The notes under the pieces were generated by a model. That model did no database searches. It had not been told where the DNA came from and was given only the letters and a program-made list of their open reading frames with translations. A stretch of 32,000 nucleotides of DNA from Patescibacteria group bacterium (GTDB taxonomy: Bacteria; Patescibacteriota; Patescibacteriia; 2-01-FULL-39-33): contig JBAZMW010000003.1 of NCBI GenBank assembly GCA_041649575.1, positions 150,001 to 182,000 on the forward strand. The letters are read 5' to 3'. Every line of letters starts with the position of its first letter. The first letter of the stretch is position 1. The position numbers were made by a program, and so were the translations under genes. Positions 26,741 to 32,000 of the stretch are shown piece after piece.

Positions 26741-27309
26741 GGCAGCATCCTCCTTCCTAGTAGCTTCCGCAAGATTTCGACTATGCCTTGGCCAGCCAGT
26801 TCGGACTTCAGATCCTTCCAGAATGTCCAACTCCCGGCACCCGTGGCACTTCCGGCACCACCAGCACTTCCGCTGACCGTACCACGTTTGGTAGCACCGG
26901 CCAGGGTATTGTGTATAGCGTCAGCCAGCTCTTCGCGAAAGCTGAGTATCAGATACACAATGGCTACTGGCCAAGTGAAGAAGGCCGCCTTCCACCACCA
27001 CCATGACGGACAGTTATTGGCCGGTGACGGTGGCGTCTCATAGCCAAACACTTTGTCGAGCTGATGGAATATGTCTCGGCTGGCCGAGAAGAATAGCCCT
27101 TCGCCAAAGCCAACGAAGAATGCTTCCGCCGTGAAGACGATGGCGACGATAACCAGTCCGCAGGCACGGTAGTTATTGTTATACACCAGCCGCGCCGCCA
27201 GGTAGCCACAGTCGTAACTGATTCTCTCTGTCGTCATGCATGCCAGAAAGAGAAACAGCCCGACCGCTCCCGCCAAGAAGGCGAGATTGAGTATTATCCA
27301 GTTGATCAT
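26737..27309 (-). CDS. Hypothetical multi-pass membrane protein (operon gene 2)
   Basis: MINWIILNLAFLAGAVGLFLFLACMTTERISYD..., SD AAAGGAG. Overlaps both neighbours by 4 nt (ATGA). Confidence 0.82.
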   Translation of the reverse strand: MINWIILNLAFLAGAVGLFLFLACMTTERISYDCGYLAARLVYNNNYRACGLVIVAIVFTAEAFFVGFGEGLFFSASRDIFHQLDKVFGYETPPSPANNCPSWWWWKAAFFTWPVAIVYLILSFREELADAIHNTLAGATKRGTVSGSAGGAGSATGAGSWTFWKDLKSELAGQGIVEILRKLLGRRMLP

Positions 27310-27809
27310 GACCGCGTCTCCTTTCTGTTCTTCTCTGCCTTGGGCCGTATTACCCCACGACGAACCAGTTCGTATTCGCGAACTTCCCTAAATGCGCCCC
27401 AAAAACCACCCATGTAGGACTTCTTGAATCTCGGTCCCAATATCGTGACGGTCTTGGTGTTCGCCTGGCTGCCCTTGTCCCTGAAGGTGAACATTTCACG
27501 TTTACCTCTGACTTGGTGCTCGTGGTGCCCACTTCCCTTTTCATCGGTAATGATGATCTTCTTCTTCCCGTCGTGGAGCATCACGATTTCGGTGCGTGGA
27601 ATGGGTCGACCATCCTCGGTGAACTGAACGACGAATGCGGTTTGGCCGTCATCGTCCGTGTCAAAGGTCACCTCAATATCGTACTCCGCAGCCGCCGGCT
27701 TCTTCTCTTCTTTCTTGGAATCGCCTCTCGACTGGCCGCACTTCACGCACCTACCGGCCTTGAAGAAATTCACATTTCCACAGCCGCACGTCCAACTCTC
27801 GTTTGCCAT
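27306..27809 (-). CDS. Zinc-finger (RanBP2-like W-x-C-x-C...N...CxxC) plus beta-sandwich-like hypothetical protein (operon gene 1)
   Basis: MANESWTCGCGNVNFFKAGRCVKCGQSR..., then VQFTEDGRPIPRTEIVMLHDGKKKIIITDEKG. AAAGGAG 9 nt upstream of ATG 27809. Confidence 0.8.
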   Translation of the reverse strand: MANESWTCGCGNVNFFKAGRCVKCGQSRGDSKKEEKKPAAAEYDIEVTFDTDDDGQTAFVVQFTEDGRPIPRTEIVMLHDGKKKIIITDEKGSGHHEHQVRGKREMFTFRDKGSQANTKTVTILGPRFKKSYMGGFWGAFREVREYELVRRGVIRPKAEKNRKETRS

Positions 27810-27943
27810 GGCCTTACTCTCCTTTCCTAATCCAACCGTTCTGTTAAAGAACTGGGCTGGAAACCGTTTTCCCTTGTTATACCCCTCTTCGCCTTGAAAA
27901 GGAGTCATTTCAGGGGAAAGCCGTTCCTCCAGCCTAACATATA

Positions 27944-27972
27944 ATTATAGCATACTATCAATATTTTGTCAA
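27944..27972 (-). promoter_or_regulatory. Consensus extended -10 promoter of the three-gene operon
   Basis: Minus strand TTGACA-AAATATTGATAGTATGC(17)-TATAAT. Confidence 0.85.
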
Positions 27973-28045
27973 TAGTAAATTAAATAAATAAAAATAGCTA
28001 AATTTAGCTAAAAACTTAAAACGCAAAGGTTAAAAAAATATAGAG

Positions 28046-28882
28046 TTAATCTTCTGCTTTAGGTTTTGAATTTTTACGCCTCGACTCGCCGAAGGCGAGA
28101 CAAGTAGCTTTGACTTTCAATATCCCTACGCCAGCTATGATTAATAGAACACTGATTATTTGCGGCAGCCTGATTCCCCACCACAGAGCCGTCTCGTCGA
28201 TACGGATAAACTCCATAAAAAATCTGATCAGCCCATAGCCGATAAAATAAATGGCCAAGAGCGACCCTGGCCGGCAGTTGTTTTTTCTGGCCAAAAGAAA
28301 CAAGATCAAAAACAAAACAAAATCCAAAACAGATTCATACAAAAAAGCGGGCTGGAAATATCGGTTTGACAAAAAAATTTCCGGACGATTTTTCGGTTCG
28401 ATGGGAATGCCCCAGGGCAAGTTGGTGGGCCGACCAAACAACTCTTGATTGAAATAATTGCCCCAGCGGCCAATGGCCTGGCCCAGGGCCAGAGCGGGAG
28501 CAGCCAAGTCGACTACTTGCCAAAAGGAAATTTTCTTTTTTCGGCTCCAAAAAATTACCACGATGATGCCGCCAATAATGGCGCCATGAATCGCCAGGCC
28601 GCCTTGCCAAATTTTAAAAATCTCCGGCAAGTTGTGACTGTAATAGGACCAATCCAAAACAAAAACCTGATAAAGACGGGCGCCCAAAATACCGCCGACA
28701 GCCAGCCAAAGGCCCAGGTCTAAAGCCAGCTCAAATTTTAGGCCTCTTCTTTTGGCCAGAGAGCCGGCGACCAGAATGCCCAGAAGCAAGCCCAAGACGA
28801 TTATCAGACCATACCAGCGAAACGAGAGCGGCCCAAACTGGAAGATAATCGGCTGCGGATAAAAATAATGAAAAAAATTCAT
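28046..28882 (-). CDS. lgt: Prolipoprotein diacylglyceryl transferase
   Basis: IIQFGPLSFRWYGLIIVLGLLLG, IHGAIIGGIIVVIFWSRKKK, QAIGRWGNYFNQELFGRPT, GLIRFFMEFIRID. Confidence 0.95.
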   Translation of the reverse strand: MNFFHYFYPQPIIFQFGPLSFRWYGLIIVLGLLLGILVAGSLAKRRGLKFELALDLGLWLAVGGILGARLYQVFVLDWSYYSHNLPEIFKIWQGGLAIHGAIIGGIIVVIFWSRKKKISFWQVVDLAAPALALGQAIGRWGNYFNQELFGRPTNLPWGIPIEPKNRPEIFLSNRYFQPAFLYESVLDFVLFLILFLLARKNNCRPGSLLAIYFIGYGLIRFFMEFIRIDETALWWGIRLPQIISVLLIIAGVGILKVKATCLAFGESRRKNSKPKAED

Positions 28883-28915
28883 ATCTTAAAGTATAACAGA
28901 AAAATAAAAAAAATC

Positions 28916-28940
28916 GACCCCCGAACCGGAGTTCGGGGGA
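28916..28940 (-). terminator. Terminator for the 28984-29208 small gene
   Basis: CCCCGAAC-CGGA-GTTCGGGG. Minus strand continues GTCGATTTTTTTTATTTTTC. Confidence 0.75.
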
Positions 28941-28983
28941 ATTAAAGCTTTGACCAAAGAAGTTCGCTTGGAGCAGTACAGGA

Positions 28984-29208
28984 TTACGTGGTGCCGCAAT
29001 AGGCTGGCCGGTGGGAGCTGCGTCGCACAGTTCCTCTTGGCGGCCTTTCGGCTCTCCTGATCCGAGGGCGCTGAAGCGTGTTGGAGACTATCTGGTAGCC
29101 TCTCGCGACCAAGTCGCGGATGAATGCCTTCACCCTTCCACGTCCTTTCACCAGTGCCATATGCAGCTGATCCTTCAAATCCCGATACCTGACAAGATAC
29201 CTTCTCAT
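28984..29208 (-). CDS. Small highly basic orphan protein (74 aa)
   Basis: MRRYLVRYRDLKDQLHMALVKGRGRVKAFIRDLVARGYQIVSNTLQRPRIRRAERPPRGTVRRSSHRPAYCGTT. AAGGAG 9 nt upstream of the internal ATG, with promoter and terminator around it. Confidence 0.55.
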   Translation of the reverse strand: MRRYLVRYRDLKDQLHMALVKGRGRVKAFIRDLVARGYQIVSNTLQRPRIRRAERPPRGTVRRSSHRPAYCGTT

Positions 29209-29309
29209 GCGCCATCGCTCCTTATGTTTTCCTCTGCCAGAATGCCCTATACTCATTTTCGACCAATCGGTTATGACCCTCCTTTCCAATGTCCACAGCA
29301 TGATTGTTT

Positions 29310-29338
29310 ATCATAGCACCAGGCAGGAGGTTTGTCAA
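29310..29338 (-). promoter_or_regulatory. Sigma70 extended -10 promoter
   Basis: Minus strand TTGACA-AACCTCCTGCCTGGTGC(17)-TATGAT. Confidence 0.7.
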
Positions 29339-29360
29339 ACTTATCTTAAAGAAACTACGT

Positions 29361-30821
29361 TTAAACGGTTTCCACCTTGACCAAATTGGTCTTGCCCTGG
29401 CGGCCAAACGGATGGCCGGTGACAATAATTATGGTCTCGCTTTTTTTGGCCAGCTTGGCTGTTTGCACCAATGTCTTGATTTTGGCAATCAGGGCTTCGA
29501 AAGAATTAACCAGCGGCAAAACAAAAGCGCTCACCCCCCAGCTTAGGGACAGCTGATTGGCGGTAAAAACTGAGGGAGTCAGGGCAATGATAATGGCTTT
29601 GGGTCGAAAGCTGGAAATGTTTCTGGCGGTGGCGCCGGAAACCGTGGCGCAGGCAATCAACTTGACCTTAGTCAAATCCTCGGCCAAATCCTGGGCCACA
29701 AAACTCATTATTTTATTAAGCGATTGATTTTTGTATTTGTTTTCTTTGGCTTCTTGCTCCTCTATCTCCCTGGCCTCGATTTCTTTGGCAATGCGCGACA
29801 TCGCCGCCACGGCTCTAAGCGGATACTGACCGGTGGCGGTCTCTCCCGAAAGCATGATGGCGTCGGTGCCGTCTAAAACGGCGTTGGCCACATCGGAAAC
29901 TTCGGCGCGCGTCGGCAAAGGATTTCTGATCATCGAATCGAGCATTTGGGTGGCGACAATCACCGGCTTGCCGGCTTGCCGGCATTCGTCGATAATCTTT
30001 TTTTGAATCAGAGGCAAGTCCTCAAAGGGCAGCTCGATGCCCAAGTCGCCGCGGGCGATCATAATGGCGTCGGCCGCCGCCAAAATTTGCGAAAAATTCT
30101 TCACCGCTTCGCGGCGTTCGATTTTGGCAATAAGCTTGGTGTGCGCGCCACTAGTCTTGCTGCTGCCAGCCGGATAATATTTTTTTTCCAGAGCAAAAAT
30201 CTTTTTTCTTAAATTGACAATGTCTTTGGCGTCTTTGACAAAAGAGAGGGCGATAAAATCAACTTTGTTTTTGACGCCAAAATCGACATCGGCTAAATCC
30301 TTTTTGGTCAGTGGCGGACACTTGATAAGCGATTTAGGAAAATTCATGCCTTTGTGGGATTTGATGATGCCGCCGGTGATCACTTTGCAGACAATAGTGT
30401 CATTTTTGATTTTGGTGACGCTTAACTCAATGGTGGCGTCGTCGATTAAAACCGGCTGACCCGCCTTGAGGTCGCGGTATAGCTCTTTATATTGAATGGG
30501 AACGACGACAGCGGATTGGGACGACACTTGGCGCTTTGGGGGCACTAAAAAAACTTCCTGGCCGCGGCTGACTTTCAGGCCGGCTTGGCCCACTTCGCCG
30601 ATACGAATACGCGGCCCCTGCAAATCCTGAATAATGGCCAGCTGGCTTTTCAGGCTTTTGGCCACGGAACGCAAATTACCGATAAGCAACCGGTGGTGCT
30701 TGTAGCTGCCATGGGAAAAATTAAGACGCGCCACATTCAGGCCGGCTTTGATCATTTTTTCCATAATGATTTTGGTCTGAGAAGCCGGGCCAATGGTGGC
30801 TACGATTTTGGTGCGTTTCAT
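29361..30821 (-). CDS. pyk: Pyruvate kinase
   Basis: MKRTKIVATIGPASQTKIIMEKMIKAGLNVARLNFSHG, IMIARGDLGIELPFEDLPLIQKKII, VIVATQMLDSMIRNPLPTRAEVSDVANAVLDGTDAIMLSGETATG. Confidence 0.97.
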   Translation of the reverse strand: MKRTKIVATIGPASQTKIIMEKMIKAGLNVARLNFSHGSYKHHRLLIGNLRSVAKSLKSQLAIIQDLQGPRIRIGEVGQAGLKVSRGQEVFLVPPKRQVSSQSAVVVPIQYKELYRDLKAGQPVLIDDATIELSVTKIKNDTIVCKVITGGIIKSHKGMNFPKSLIKCPPLTKKDLADVDFGVKNKVDFIALSFVKDAKDIVNLRKKIFALEKKYYPAGSSKTSGAHTKLIAKIERREAVKNFSQILAAADAIMIARGDLGIELPFEDLPLIQKKIIDECRQAGKPVIVATQMLDSMIRNPLPTRAEVSDVANAVLDGTDAIMLSGETATGQYPLRAVAAMSRIAKEIEAREIEEQEAKENKYKNQSLNKIMSFVAQDLAEDLTKVKLIACATVSGATARNISSFRPKAIIIALTPSVFTANQLSLSWGVSAFVLPLVNSFEALIAKIKTLVQTAKLAKKSETIIIVTGHPFGRQGKTNLVKVETV

Positions 30822-30833
30822 AAAAATTAATTT

Positions 30834-31157
30834 TTACAACTTGATGGTTTTGACAATCCAATCGCCCAGGCTTTTGGCTGGCTGGGCTAAAAGGGGCAGG
30901 CCCCATTTCTCTCCCTGCAATGCCTTGATGATGCCAATGATAGCCAAAATGCCAATCAAAATATTGATCATCCAGCCAAAGACCGGGATCAGCATCAAGA
31001 CCACGGAAACCACAAACAACAAAACTCCCTGACTGGCGTGGAAGCGGACGAAGTCGCTTTTTTTCCTGACGGCCAGAGCCACCAGGCTTAGGATCCAAAG
31101 ATAGCTAATGGCACCCCAGATTTTTTCTTCTTGAGAGACGGATTTTTGTTCCGGCAT
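30834..31157 (-). CDS. DUF4870/Tic20-like small membrane protein
   Basis: EEKIWGAISYLWILSLVALAVRKKSDFVRFHASQGVLLFVVSVVLMLIPVFGWMINILIGILAIIGIIKALQGEKWGLPLL. Confidence 0.8.
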   Translation of the reverse strand: MPEQKSVSQEEKIWGAISYLWILSLVALAVRKKSDFVRFHASQGVLLFVVSVVLMLIPVFGWMINILIGILAIIGIIKALQGEKWGLPLLAQPAKSLGDWIVKTIKL

Positions 31158-31174
31158 AGTTTTGAAATTATTTT

Positions 31175-31603
31175 TTAATTTTTGTTTTTGGAATGAAAAA
31201 TAAAAACTACCAGTAGCGGCACCAGCGCTCCCACTACAGCCACCAAAACGGTTTCGGTAATCAGATTAAAAAGTTTCCACAACTGGAAACCGTCGAAAAG
31301 CCTGAAAATCGCGACTACCAAGCCGATGACCAGGCCGGCGCAACCGCCAGCGATGGCGGCAATAGGCAAGCTGCGGCCAAAAACCTTAATCACCCGCCAG
31401 CCGATAAGCAAAAAAATGATTAGTCTGATAATCCAGGCCAGCAGCTCGTTTTGGCTAAAAATGATTCCCGCCTCGAAATTTCTGGACCAGCTGCGGAAAG
31501 CCAATTCCAGAATCAGAGCCAAAAGCAGCCACCATTTGATAAAAGAAAAATAAACGGTGAAATCTATCGGCTCCCAGGTTTTTTTTGCTTTGATTTCTGA
31601 CAT
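31175..31603 (-). CDS. Hypothetical four-TM membrane protein
   Basis: 142-aa hydrophobic ORF co-oriented with neighbours. Confidence 0.75.
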   Translation of the reverse strand: MSEIKAKKTWEPIDFTVYFSFIKWWLLLALILELAFRSWSRNFEAGIIFSQNELLAWIIRLIIFLLIGWRVIKVFGRSLPIAAIAGGCAGLVIGLVVAIFRLFDGFQLWKLFNLITETVLVAVVGALVPLLVVFIFHSKNKN

Positions 31604-31631
31604 CCACTATTATTATAGCTTATCGGCGGGA

Positions 31632-31672
31632 ATAAAAAAACCCTCCCGCTTAAGCGGGAGAATTTTTTATTC
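31632..31672. terminator. Terminator after groL
   Basis: CTCCCGCTTAAGCGGGAG palindrome flanked by A and T runs. Confidence 0.8.
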
Positions 31673-31684
31673 TTAAAAAATTTT

Positions 31685-32000
31685 TTACATCATGCCCATG
31701 CCGCCGCCCATGCCGGGCATACCGGCCGGTTCGTGCTGGCAAGAATTTTTTTCCGGCAGATCGGTGACCGCGCATTCGGTGGTCAGTATCATGGAAGCGG
31801 CCGAAGCGGCATTCTGCAGGGCGCTGCGAACAACCTTGGTGGGATCAATCACGCCGCAAGCCACCAAATCCTCGTACTGACCGCTTAGGGCATTATAGCC
31901 AAAATTATCTTGATGCTTTTTCACCTCTTCCAAAACCACCGCGCCGTTATCGCCGGCATTCTCGGCAATTAGTTTCAATGGCTCAATAATGGCACGGCCC
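31685..32000 (-). CDS. groL: GroEL chaperonin C-terminus (truncated by window edge)
   Basis: ...[26 protein letters not shown]...[42 protein letters not shown]...[12 protein letters not shown]. Confidence 0.97.
   Translation of the reverse strand, partial: GRAIIEPLKLIAENAGDNGAVVLEEVKKHQDNFGYNALSGQYEDLVACGVIDPTKVVRSALQNAASAASMILTTECAVTDLPEKNSCQHEPAGMPGMGGGMGMM

Overview
This 32 kb window looks like chromosomal DNA from a Patescibacteria/CPR-type bacterium; that lineage call is inferred from gene content and style. The AT-richer backbone carries housekeeping genes: topA 3' end, compact rel/spoT, parB, parA, three clustered tRNAs, glycosyltransferase, M16 peptidase, glyS, AI-2E family permease, smpB-ssrA(tmRNA)-infC-rpmI-rplT, lgt, pyk and groL 3' end. 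It also has a very long (1948 aa) low-complexity membrane-anchored protein. Interspersed from about 19.7 to 29.3 kb are several GC-rich orphan genes. Most sit in compact transcription units with a near-perfect TTGACA-N17-TATAAT promoter, a strong Shine-Dalgarno and a hairpin terminator. They include a three-gene operon (zinc-finger/beta protein plus two membrane proteins) and a histidine-phosphatase-like protein with an RHD motif. The most unusual non-coding signals are two adjacent, almost fully paired three-way-junction sequences (20953-21082) followed by a tRNA-Asp gene flanked by partial tRNA-Asp copies. Other oddities are an initiator tRNA with C33 instead of U33 and a tmRNA with a non-canonical T-loop. 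No CRISPR array, rRNA or recognisable transposase was seen. All structures and family calls are by eye; no database search or folding software was run.
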